A program made the position numbers and the translations under genes. A stretch of 63,171 nucleotides of DNA, counting the filler, from Globobulimina sp. (lineage: Eukaryota): assembly GCA_003354225.1 (NCBI GenBank). It is 49 parts of 49 records of this genome, joined end to end, with 100 filler letters (N's around TTAATTAATTAA, not from the genome) between each part and the next. Parts side by side here need not be neighbours in the genome. Positions count along the whole stretch, not along the records: positions 11,629 to 12,820 come from PIVH01021287.1; positions 12,921 to 14,112 come from PIVH01021288.1; positions 14,213 to 15,404 come from PIVH01021289.1; positions 15,505 to 16,696 come from PIVH01021290.1; positions 16,797 to 17,988 come from PIVH01021291.1; positions 18,089 to 19,280 come from PIVH01021292.1; positions 19,381 to 20,572 come from PIVH01021293.1; positions 20,673 to 21,864 come from PIVH01021294.1; 41 more parts are not named here. One strand, given 5' to 3'. Below, one piece after another: positions 12,390-23,695 of this stretch (position 1 is its first letter; each line of letters begins with the position of its first letter). The notes under the pieces are model-generated. The model ran no database searches and had not been told where the DNA came from. It worked only from the letters and a program-made list of their open reading frames with translations.

Positions 12390-13030
12390 TTTGATTCTTA
12401 ATTGTAAATGGGTTGTTTTTGTAATTATGTCTTTTTTTTTTGCGGTTTTGACAGTGACAATTATTTTTTTATTTGGTAGTTTATAGTTTATCTTTTTTTA
12501 ATTGGTTGTTTAATTTTGTTTTTTTGTATATTAATGTTTATAGATTGTGTTTTATTCTTCTTTTTTTTTTGCTGTTGGACAAATGGTAATGTTTAAATTC
12601 ATGACGTTCAAATTTCTCCGAATTTTAGATAAACCGCTATTATTTTTTTATAAGTTGTCGAGGAATTCGAAACGGAATCTGTGAAGAGAATAAATAGTAA
12701 TACTTTAAATAATAAAAAAAAATAATATTAATACATTATGTCATTTCTTTTTACTTTGTGCACATGATTTATCACACCTATCATGTGCACATTGTTTGAG
12801 ATGATTATTCAATTCATCACNNNNNNNNNNNNNNNNNNNNNNNNNNNNNNNNNNNNNNNNNNNNTTAATTAATTAANNNNNNNNNNNNNNNNNNNNNNNN
12901 NNNNNNNNNNNNNNNNNNNNATGTTGGCAGCATGGACACGCACCCATGGTCAATATGTAACTAAATAGAGATTTTTAGAAAGGGCTATGAACATTGCAGA
13001 ATTAATATATTATTGCAAAAAGGGAAAAGC

Positions 13031-14112
13031 TTATTTGTTTTTATCTAATAATTGTTTTTGTTTTTCCATTTTACTTTGTTCCTTTTGATACACCCATTCA
13101 AAATATTCCCTCTTCATTTCCTTACTCATCATACTAAACACACTTTGTTGCTCCGCTTTTGGCGATTTCGCTCGGTTATTATCCTCATTCTCCTTCACAT
13201 TGGTCACGGACGTAGCACTCAAAAAACTTAACAAAGCTTGTCTCTCCACATGCAAATTGCTATACGATTGATTCGAGGGATCGAATATCGGATACTTTAC
13301 TTCCTTTTTATCCTTCCTTGGCATGACTGGCTCATTCTTTTCATCGCCAAATATAATGTTATGATGTTCCTGCACCCGAATAAAAGTAGTCCTTTTCGAT
13401 AACTCTTTCAATGTTTTCGCGCCAACATAAGTACACGTTGACCGCACGCCGCCCAACAACGCTAATAAACAGTTGTCAGTCACACTGCCTTTATACGGCA
13501 CCAATACGCATTTCCCTTCCGATGCGCGATAATTCTTCACACCGCCGCTATGTTTTTGCATTGCCACTTCGGAGCTCATCCCATAAAATTGTTTATATTT
13601 CTTGCCAGTCTGCTTATTCTCTATCAAATCCCCACCACTTTCATCATAGCCACTGAACATTCCACCGGCCATTACAAAATCCGCTCCGCCTCCAAAAGCT
13701 TTGGCAAAATCACCCGGCATAGTACAGCCGCCATCACTCACAATCAGACCACCTAAACCATGCGCTGCGTCTACAGGGAAAATGCAAGAAATTATTACCA
13801 AAAAGTTATCCATATATTATACACAAACCTGCACATTCTAATACAGCCGATAACTGCGGATATCCAACGCCGGTTTTTTTCCGCGTAGTGCATACAGAAC
13901 CGGGACCAATGCCTACTTTGACAATATCTGCGCCGGATAGCAATAACTGTTCAGTCATTTCTTGCGTCACTACATTGCCAGCCATAATGATATGCGTTGG
14001 AAAGGCTTTGCGTACTTTTTGGATATACTGCACAAAGTGTTCACTGTATCCATTGGCTATATCCAAGCAGATGAAAGATAACTGCTTGTAAAGGGTTACT
14101 AGGGACACGATT
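13031..14112 (-). CDS. GMPR: GMP reductase, 5' partial, intron 13771-13828
   Basis: [84 protein letters not shown]. Confidence 0.92.
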
Positions 14113-14470
14113 NNNNNNNNNNNNNNNNNNNNNNNNNNNNNNNNNNNNNNNNNNNNTTAATTAATTAANNNNNNNNNNNNNNNNNNNNNNNNNNNNNNNN
14201 NNNNNNNNNNNNGAATTTATATTTTTAATTTTGGTCTGCAACAAATATGTTCAGATATCGTTGTTTTGTGTGTGTTTTGCCTTTTTATGTGCATTTTATG
14301 TGTTTTCACATAAAGTTATTGATGTCTTTACAAGTTAGTAAAGTTTTTAAGCAAAACATCAACAACTTTTCTCTTGTTACCTTTGAATAAGAGGGATCCT
14401 AGTAATTATTATCACTTTTCCTGTTTAGATTACGAAAGATACCAAAGTCGATTATATTTTACCATATAAT

Positions 14471-14566
14471 CCCGGCTCAACCTCGCTGCGCTCGGTTTCG
14501 CCACCTCGCTACGCTCGGTGTGAAAAAATAATTCTATGGTACATACATGAAGCGGCTTCGCCGCTT
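14471..14566. repeat. Cluster of short GC-rich hairpin-like motifs
   Basis: CCTCGCTGCGCTCGG, CCTCGCTACGCTCGG and AAGCGGCTTCGCCGCTT in otherwise AT-rich non-coding DNA. Confidence 0.6.
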
Positions 14567-15061
14567 GCTATAATACCAAATATTAATAAATATAAAATAT
14601 TCTATGCTCATAAATACCAAATATAAATGTTATAAAATAGTTCTGGTGCGAATGTATCCATAAATGCCAATGTATTTCTATGGCCACTTCTTCGCTTTCC
14701 ATTGATACCAAATGTAACGAAATTAATATAATCTAAATAGTAGTTGTGAAACAAGTGACGATTGATGTGAGTTGTTACTTAACTTAAGTAGTGAGTAAAT
14801 AGTTAGTGAACTTAAGTAAAAAAAACAGTAAAAACAGTAGTTTATCATAATTTGCTGTTATCCATGGAACCCAACTGTTAAGTATTTAAATATCCAAAAT
14901 TGAACTCACTAACATACAATAACACAGTATACACACAATAAACACAAAATAAAAATAAAAAACACTATAGAAACAGCCCGCCACCGCCACCTCAACACCA
15001 CCACCACCCAATACACTCAAAACATGCTATTTCTACTCACAAACATGCTATTTCTTATTGA

Positions 15062-15400
15062 TAGAGTATGGAATTAATGGATTTGAATGAGAGAGAGAGT
15101 GGCATTCATTTAATGGGTTGAGATATGAATATATAATGTTTGTATGAGACATGTGGGATGCGAGGCGCTACACGCCATCCCACCCACAGCCTCAACAATC
15201 ATATATATCATCTCCAACCCATAAATATGAATTTAATGGCTTGAGATATGAATATATAATGTTTGTATGAGGCATGTGGGATGCGAGGCGCTACGCGCCA
15301 TCCCACCCACAGCCTCAACAATCATATATATCATATCCAACCCATAAATATCATTAAATACAACTCTCTCCTCATCAAATATCATTAAATTCCAACTCTA
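15062..15400. repeat. Bulged long hairpin with a tandemly duplicated 123-bp self-complementary core
   Basis: Units ~15108-15230 and ~15231-15353 are near-identical. Each folds (ATGGGTTG/CAACCCAT, TGAGGC/GCCTCA, GTGGGATG/CATCCCAC), and the outer flanks also pair imperfectly. Confidence 0.8.
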
Positions 15401-15571
15401 CAAANNNNNNNNNNNNNNNNNNNNNNNNNNNNNNNNNNNNNNNNNNNNTTAATTAATTAANNNNNNNNNNNNNNNNNNNNNNNNNNNNNNNNNNNNNNNN
15501 NNNNATAGCTATAAAAATACAGTAAAAAAATAAAACTCCAAATAAAGATATTAATTAATATAAAAATAAGA

Positions 15572-16417
15572 TTACACTGTAATAATTGGCGGAATATCCG
15601 AATTCTGGAACATAATTTCAAATCGTTTCATAGATGCTTCATTTGCTACAAATTCAATTTGAATATTTCTCAATAATTGGATTGCTTCGTTTAATATTTG
15701 AATGTCATTTACATTTAATTTATCTTTTCGTTCTAGTTTGAAAACCTGGTGAATGTATAATGTTAATTCGAACAATTCCGTTTCATTCACGTGTCCTGGA
15801 TTTGTTTTATACGCATTATAATTTACTTTTATTTTATTTAACATGGTTTGCAATCTTTTTTGAATGAATAGTATAACATTGAAGTCTGTATATTTATTCA
15901 TATCCAAACTATAATTTGTATTTTTAAATTGGAGTAATTGAGCTTGAAAGCCGATGTTTGGCATTATAAATGGCCGGGTTTTGCGAATTTGTTGCAATAC
16001 AGAATCGAAATCTAATTTATATTTATACATTTGGTACGCAATAACAATGGTTGCGGAGCGCGATAAACCTTTATGGCAATGCACCATAATGGCGGACGGT
16101 GATAAATTAGTGTGGTTATCAAGACATTCATCGATAAAATTGAAACATTTTTCAAATTGATTTAAAATTACGCATTCTGGACTGTCCTCAATTCGGTTGA
16201 TTACCAAATACTGGAATTCATGCTCGAAATGCATCTGTAAATTCCATCCAATGGCAAGTATGTGAGTCACATTACTGTCGAATAACAATTGTTTATTTTG
16301 TGCAGCTATGGCGCCACCAATGTAAATGTTTGGCAATACTTCTTGCATTGAATTTGCTTTTTCTGACGTAGTTTCTGTTGGGATTTCAATTCTGTTTGGA
16401 CAAAAACAGGAACCCAT
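15572..16417 (-). CDS. Dual-specificity protein phosphatase (atypical DUSP)
   Basis: EVLPNIYIGG, IED acid loop, VHCHKGLSRSAT catalytic loop and IMPNIGFQAQL; N-terminal MGSCFC acylation-like motif. Confidence 0.9.
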   Translation of the reverse strand: MGSCFCPNRIEIPTETTSEKANSMQEVLPNIYIGGAIAAQNKQLLFDSNVTHILAIGWNLQMHFEHEFQYLVINRIEDSPECVILNQFEKCFNFIDECLDNHTNLSPSAIMVHCHKGLSRSATIVIAYQMYKYKLDFDSVLQQIRKTRPFIMPNIGFQAQLLQFKNTNYSLDMNKYTDFNVILFIQKRLQTMLNKIKVNYNAYKTNPGHVNETELFELTLYIHQVFKLERKDKLNVNDIQILNEAIQLLRNIQIEFVANEASMKRFEIMFQNSDIPPIITV

Positions 16418-16796
16418 GGCACCAGGAGTTAGTTTAGGAGATAGTTTTGGAGCTAGTTTTGTATTCAGCTGTTTTTTTAAAAACTGGATGCTACTTTTTC
16501 TGTTAAATACTTTTACCCAAAAGTGAAATTACTCCACTCCTTTTGACACGTTTACCCCACTTGCATGTATATGAAGAAGTTTAAAGGAATTTTTTTTGCT
16601 TTTCTTTTCTTTTTCTGTTTTTTTTTTACAAAAAATTCGCTTTTCCCAAGGGGATAAATTAAGCATTAATGATATTATTGATATAATATTAATAAANNNN
16701 NNNNNNNNNNNNNNNNNNNNNNNNNNNNNNNNNNNNNNNNTTAATTAATTAANNNNNNNNNNNNNNNNNNNNNNNNNNNNNNNNNNNNNNNNNNNN

Positions 16797-17011
16797 GGTA
16801 AACAAGTTGTACATTGTTATTGGCTAAACAAGTTGTGCATTGCGATTGGGTAAACAAATTGTGGATTGTTATAGGGTAAACAAGTCGTACAATACACAAC
16901 TTGCTTACCCATTTACAATTATTAACTTGTTTAGTCTATAACAATGCATAACTTTGATTTATCTATTTAATCACTGGGTAAACAAGTTGTGCATTGTAAT
17001 TAGGTAAACAA
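16797..17011. repeat. Array of ~26-bp units in mixed direct and inverted orientation
   Basis: GGGTAAACAAGTTGTGCATTG-like units: about four forward, about three reverse (ACAACTTGCTTACCC etc.), then forward again. Confidence 0.75.
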
Positions 17012-17418
17012 CCGTTTCCACGCCATAAAATCGCGCGTGGAAATAAAATTACTGTTTCCATGCGATCCTTTCCTGAAAATCTGGCAATAATTCTATCTCC
17101 TCGCCCGAAAATCGCTAAAGGAATATTTACATGTAATTCAGTATACAAAGTTAAATTTCTATTTCCTCACCTGAAAATCGAGCAAGGATTCCTTCTCCTA
17201 AAATATGCTATTGATATGCAAAATTTCTTATTGAAGGTTCGGTATGCAAAATTTCCCTATCGAACCCAAACTAAAATTTCTATTCCATTGCTTGAAAATC
17301 GCGCAAGGCAGAAATATTAAAATATACTGGTCCGAGTCATATTTCGTTGTTCCTTAGATATTTGTGTCAAAAGACATTCTCGCCTACAGTCATAGTCGGT
17401 AAAACTGATTGGTCTGGA

Positions 17419-17724
17419 TCACTCACTGTAAGGTTCCATCGACATGTCAGAAAACTGTGTGGTTTCTCGATTGTCTTCTTCATCAATTAAGATTTCCATC
17501 ACCTGGGAACGACGGCTGAGGGCATCCCTTATTTTTTCAAGGCAATAATTTTTTTGATATTTTGTCAACCTCACAAAGTAGTTCCCATATTTGCACCCTT
17601 CTCCAACCTTTTCCGCGATTTTCTTGATTTCTTCATCGGATTGTTCTGGCTTTGATAGTCTGATTACTCTTTCATAGAACACTTTTCTGGTAAAATGTCT
17701 AATATGGTCCGCAACCGTTTTCAT
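17419..17724 (-). CDS. Small hypothetical protein, possibly from a mobile/viral element
   Basis: Intronless 101-aa ORF beside repeat arrays; no family recognised. Confidence 0.3.
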   Translation of the reverse strand: MKTVADHIRHFTRKVFYERVIRLSKPEQSDEEIKKIAEKVGEGCKYGNYFVRLTKYQKNYCLEKIRDALSRRSQVMEILIDEEDNRETTQFSDMSMEPYSE

Positions 17725-18342
17725 GTGTTTTCATGTCATAGTTATACTCTTTCGTCATATTCGGATGCTTCTCCCTACTCATTGAACCATTCGATGTCTT
17801 TTGGTTTTACAGTCCCTTTAAGAATTCCCATAAAAGCATTATCGGTAGCTCCCATAGCCACTGATCTGTTGTCTGCTAGTGTCTTAGCATCATTTAACTC
17901 AGTAGCATACTTATTCATGGTATATCGATGAGTTCCCTTTCCTAGAGCTAGTAGATGCTAAGACGGGTCATCATAGCTTTTTGGGTTANNNNNNNNNNNN
18001 NNNNNNNNNNNNNNNNNNNNNNNNNNNNNNNNTTAATTAATTAANNNNNNNNNNNNNNNNNNNNNNNNNNNNNNNNNNNNNNNNNNNNCAACATCTAAAC
18101 AATGGATGTTGTCAAGTATTCTAGCATGACATAAACTCTGATTTATTCGTTAATTTCATTCCAAATAATTTAATCAGAACAATAAAACTCAACAATCATT
18201 AAAAATTTCTTCACAGCCTTTATTGATTGCCTTCTTGTGGTTGTTTCTGTCCTTTGTAGCTGAGCACACTGAGCCATGAGGGAAATGTTTTACTTTCTTT
18301 AAAAACTTTGGCAAAACATCAACAATCTCTCTTTAAACCAAA

Positions 18343-19011
18343 ATGGTATGACAAATTGACAATACATACATACATACATTATTGTTTTAACTATTTTTTT
18401 TTGGTTTGTTTTAGCCAAAAGGAACAACCTGTAAACAAGCAATAGCTGAATGGAAAAAGAGGACAAAACAAGATCCAGCATCAACAAAAGTTGTAAAGTT
18501 ATATTGTCAAATTCCATCGATTGATAAAATGGACAGTGTAACATTGGGACAATTGGTTGAATGCGAACAATTGGCATTATCTACAAATCAAATTGATAAA
18601 ATTGCGCCACTGCCTGGATGCAAAAATTTAAAAATATTATCATTATCACGCAATAAGATAAAAAAAATTGAGAAATTAGATGATATTTCAGACACTTTGG
18701 AAGAATTATGGTTATCATACAATTTGATTGAAAAACTAAGTGGTTTAGAAAATTTAACAAAATTACGTATATTATATATGTCAAATAATTTAATTAAATC
18801 ATTTGATGAAATAGAAAGAATTGCACATATTTCATCGCTAAAAAATGTATTATTTTTAGGTAATCCAATACATACAACAGCTGCGGATGAACAACATTAT
18901 CGATATCAAGTAATAAAAAGATTGCCGTTACTATCAAATTGGAAATTAGACGGACGAATGGTCACAAAGGATGAGAGTAATTATGCAACTGAAGAAAAAA
19001 AAGATGACTAA
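18343..19011 (+). CDS. DNAL1: Axonemal dynein light chain 1 (LC1, LRR); intron 18346-18414 directly after the ATG
   Basis: Spliced M|PKGTTCKQAIAEW...QIPSIDKMD...LALSTNQIDKI...LKILSLSRNKIKKI...DTLEELWLSYNLIEKL...GNP, matching LC1. Confidence 0.9.
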
Positions 19012-19440
19012 TTCATATATACTTGGACCTTTTTTTTGTTTTTCCGATCATTTCTTTTTATTTATTTAAAGTGCTTGTGGGATACTGCCCATTTGATACG
19101 GTGTCTACATGGCTATCGTGGTAACAGAAACACTAATAATTCCAACACAGAATACAAGCATTAACACCAGCTGAATCCAAGCACCGTTGAATGGCAGCTT
19201 CAGCGTGAAGTCACCTCCAGATACTACTACTATTACTACTAGCAAGCACCACCTACTACACAACCTACTCCCCCCAGTAANNNNNNNNNNNNNNNNNNNN
19301 NNNNNNNNNNNNNNNNNNNNNNNNTTAATTAATTAANNNNNNNNNNNNNNNNNNNNNNNNNNNNNNNNNNNNNNNNNNNNCATAACAGAAAAAAAAGTAC
19401 AGTTTTTAGCATCATCTACACAGACTAGGCCAAACCAATA

Positions 19441-20572
19441 ATGTCGCGCACAGAGCTGAAAGTAGTTTTGGTAAATTTATTTTTCTCCTCTGTGTATATA
19501 CGTACTAAATATCCATTTTACGTGTTGAAAGTGTGGAGGTGCTGGCGCTGGTAAATCAGGACTTATCGTGAGATTAGTAACTGATAAATTTATGTCCTCA
19601 TACGATCCAACAATCGAAGATTCATACAATAAAATCCTTTCTGTGGATGGCGATGATATATTGTTAGATATACTAGACACAGCTGGTCAAGGTATACTCC
19701 ATATTTTCATACCAATACAAAGTGTATATAATATCAAATCTGCCCTCCAAACAAAAGAGCAATTTTCCGCAATGCAGGAATTCTGGTGGAGAGAAGGCGA
19801 AATATTTTTAATTGTATATAGTATAACGTCCGCACGATCCTTCAATCAAATTAAACATTTTGCGCGTAAAATAGCCAACGAAAAAGAATTTACTTTACCA
19901 GACTCACAGGGTACGCATCGCGATGAAACTAAAGAAGAAAAGTCAACGTTGAAACCATTCATCATTGTGGCTAATAAATGTGATTTAAATGACCAGCGTC
20001 AGGTTACCACAGAACAAGGCGAAGAATTGGCACATTTGTGGGGAGTGCCCTTCTTTGAATGTTCCTGTTTCACCGAACATAATCTGTATGAAGTGTGGGC
20101 TGAAACTGTCCGCCTGTCTCGTCGGCTGAAAGTACAACGGAACGTTGTTCCAAAAAAACTCAAACAGCAAAGAAGCACACAAAATGTTACTGACACTGCT
20201 AAAACCAAAACAATATGCTGTTGCATTACAAAAACAGACGACAGCGATAAAAAAACGACAGATAAAATACAATTTTTTAGTGTCAACAATGCGCCATCCG
20301 ATACAATACAGCCTCCAGTGTTGGCATTGAAGAATTTTAGAATTAGAAGAACATTCAACGTGAAGCGTTTTGCCATTGCAATGCTGTGTGGTTTGTTATT
20401 ACCGCTCGTCATTTTGTTGCAAAGTATGGCGTTTTTACTTTACAGCGAGAATAGGAACGCATGGTATTATCCAGAACAATATGATTATGATAAAGTTCAC
20501 CATTCGATACTGTTGGATTATTTAGGTTTGATCATTGGGCGCGAACCAGGCCAGGATCCGGAGACTGTAAAA
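19441..20572 (+). CDS. Ras/Rap-family small GTPase with C-terminal hydrophobic extension; introns 19471-19531 and 19692-19757; 3' partial
   Basis: GGAGAGKS, YDPTIEDSY effector loop, DTAGQE (after splicing), NKCD and ECS motifs. Confidence 0.88.
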
Positions 20573-20672
20573 NNNNNNNNNNNNNNNNNNNNNNNNNNNN
20601 NNNNNNNNNNNNNNNNTTAATTAATTAANNNNNNNNNNNNNNNNNNNNNNNNNNNNNNNNNNNNNNNNNNNN

Positions 20673-21208
20673 TCTATGGATTTGGTATTGCAATAAATGA
20701 CTATTTGAACGATGATTTGAATCATTCCTTTTTGAAGAGACTATGTTTACAAAATAATGGGTTTTATGTGCCGATTCAAGAAAAATATGCACAGATTTTA
20801 TTAATTCAATATTTTCAAATGTTGTCAAAGCCAATGTTATTAAATGTTTTTGTAAAATATCAATTTGAACATCAAAAGTTAAGTAAAACGAAATTTAATG
20901 TCATATATTATGACGAAACAGATTTGTTTATTTGTGGGGAAATTAAAAATCTTAATTTGGAAAAGAATAAAAATAATTTATCAATGACAATAAACGCAAC
21001 AAATATGGTGAAACAGATGAAAATTAATATAAATAATGGCAAAAATGCAGAGAGAATTTGTGCATATTTCAAGCTTCAACAATTTATAAAAGAAAATAAC
21101 ATTGAAAGTGACGAGAATGCACATAATTTAATAGCATTCGCATTGAAATATAATTTTTTAACGCCATGGACAGAGTTTCAAATAATAGAATGTAAGCATA
21201 ACATTTAG
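20673..21208 (+). CDS. C-terminal part of a vWA/inter-alpha-trypsin-inhibitor-like protein
   Basis: YGFGI...FLKRLCLQNNGF...LSKPMLLNV...LFICG...ALKYNFLTPWT resembles ITIH/VIT-vWA C-terminal motifs. Confidence 0.55.
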
Positions 21209-21330
21209 ACAATTTAAAAAATTGACAATGCACATTTGTGTACGTGCCAAAATTATTTTTGTTCCTTTGTTTTCTTTAATTTCTTTACAATGTTTTTTTT
21301 CTTAGCGTTTTGAAAACAGTAATACACATA

Positions 21331-21864
21331 ATGTCAGTTTTGAGTTGCGAAGATTTAAGAAAGATCCCAAATAGAAGCAAACATTTGGTATTTGGATTTG
21401 CTAGAAACTCACAAGAATTGCTTCCATTGCATAAAAACACTCCATATTTTACAATTAACGAATTAATTATTCATTTATGTTTAACGTATTATTATTGCAT
21501 AAAAGAATTGTTTTTTGATAAAGAGAATTGTGGGGAAAAAGTAATATTTATAAATGAAAAAAGAATCAGATTCCCAAACAATTCAACAAATTTATGTCTG
21601 TGCAAACCAATTGTTAATGTTCAAGAATATGATATATTTGAATGGGAAATCACAGTGCATGAATATTCCAAAAATTCATATTTTGGTATTCTTGATGTGA
21701 ATGGATTGCCAGTCAATATTAATGGACATATTACAGCTCAAAGATTAAAGCAATCATATTTTGTGTGTTTTGGATTAGATGCAAATTGGAATCAGTTTCA
21801 TAAATATAACATTTCAGGAAGTGTCGATGTATCAATACCCATTAATTTATCACAAAACAGATCG
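21331..21864 (+). CDS. Hypothetical protein with SPRY-like beta-rich region, 3' partial
   Basis: LVFGFAR...IIHLCLTYY N-terminal motif (similar to the start of ORF 46992), followed by IFEWEITV...YFGI. Confidence 0.45.
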
Positions 21865-21964
21865 NNNNNNNNNNNNNNNNNNNNNNNNNNNNNNNNNNNN
21901 NNNNNNNNTTAATTAATTAANNNNNNNNNNNNNNNNNNNNNNNNNNNNNNNNNNNNNNNNNNNN

Positions 21965-23139
21965 CGCCATATTCATTGGCTCGCGCTCCTCCACGAAACC
22001 AATTCATTCATTAAATGGAAGATATTTAAGAAACATATTTACCGAAATTCAGATTATTCAAATCATTGACCATTGATGATTGGATTATTAATGATGAAAA
22101 ATATATAGTATGTTTTAAATATGACTGGGATGATTTTGATAATTTATTTTCAAATATTCAACGACTAACAATTCAGATGAATTTTCACTCCAACAAAGTA
22201 AATTTGATATTACATCATTTGTATAAATATTATCATTTATCAAATATTAAAGTTGTTCGACTAATTAACGAAGGTGATATCGATTATAATGATCTCATTA
22301 ATTTTGAAATATTACCAATAATCACTGGAAATAAATTGGAATACGTTGAATTTGAATCGTTTTTGTGTAAGAATTATGAAATCGATCATGAATTTCTCAA
22401 AAACTTAAAAGGAATCGCAATCGTGGATTGGGAAGACGCGATGATGGAATTAATGGAAAAGATTCTATAGAAATGTGATAATAGTTGTAATTTAGAGTCA
22501 TTACATTTTAATGAAGAGTATAAGATTACATATCGGAAAATTAATAACTTAAAAGAATTATGTTTAGGAGATTTTGAAGCATGCTGGACATTTATTGGAC
22601 ATAATATGAAATGTTTGGAGAGACTTTTTATTGAACGTGTTTCATGCACGGAGCCCGAGAATTTTGATGAATGTCAAATATGGATTAATGAAATGATGAA
22701 AACTTTAAAATATATTGGTGTCAATCTAACCGGCAGCGTAGAAGAACAAGAATTGGCTCTGTTGGATGTTTTAATTGAAGGATTAGAAAATGTCAATTGC
22801 AAAAAACATACACTTAAAATGCGATTTGATAGCATACGTATTGCCTATGTTAATAAATTGGAGAAATTGATAAATATTTTGAGTGTAAAGTGCGCGAATT
22901 GGATGATAATTTGTAACGTATATTCAGATCGTAGAAAATTTACCAGAACATTGCTCAGAAAATATACCAAAACATATAATCAGATCCTAGAAAATAAGCA
23001 ATATGATATCGAACATTGCTCACAAAATTGTATACGTATAATAAAGAATAAAGGATGTAATATTAATGGATATCATGAAAATTGGTCGATGGAATGTCGC
23101 CGATGCCGTCATCATCAAATAGAATTGTGTGAAAATTAA
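21965..23139 (+). pseudogene. LRR-like protein interrupted by one in-frame TAG at 22468-22470
   Basis: ORFs 22066-22470 and 22606-23139 share a frame. The linker reads KIL*KCDNSCNLESLHF...NLKELCL...MKCLERLFI with LxxLxL repeats on both sides. Confidence 0.5.
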
Positions 23140-23695
23140 AATTAAAATTTGCGAATNNNNNNNNNNNNNNNNNNNNNNNNNNNNNNNNNNNNNNNNNNNN
23201 TTAATTAATTAANNNNNNNNNNNNNNNNNNNNNNNNNNNNNNNNNNNNNNNNNNNNAGGATTTATATAAAATGATTTATACAATTTGTATATATAATAAA
23301 TAGAATTGAAGCTTACGACTATAATTTTACTTGACAAAAGCATGTCTCCCTTTACTTGACAAAAGCTGCAGCAAAATAAAACTGGTTTAAACTGGTTCGC
23401 ATAGCTTTGTTTATTTAATAACATATTATTTTACCCAAAGCTTTTCAAAAAAAAGTGAAAATTGCCAATTTCTAACTTTGTCAAATCGAAGAGTTGGGGT
23501 CTTTCCTTTTAGAACCTATCTGATTGACACAATACACACACAATACAACAAAGCAAAAGTCAAGCAAAATGACGAAAGAGTTAGTGTGCTGATCCCTACA
23601 GTTCAAGTGACTTGTCAGCTACAGACTGACCACATATTGACAATAGCGATTTTTGCTGCTCAGTTTCCGACATTTTACATTTATGGGATTAAACA

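Noticed and set aside
12757-12791. TGTGCACATGAT/ATCATGTGCACA hairpin as a terminator
   Set aside because: Eukaryotic context, no U-tract, and a single short instance.
16797-17011. CRISPR array
   Set aside because: Units are adjacent, degenerate and partly inverted, with no unique spacers or cas genes.
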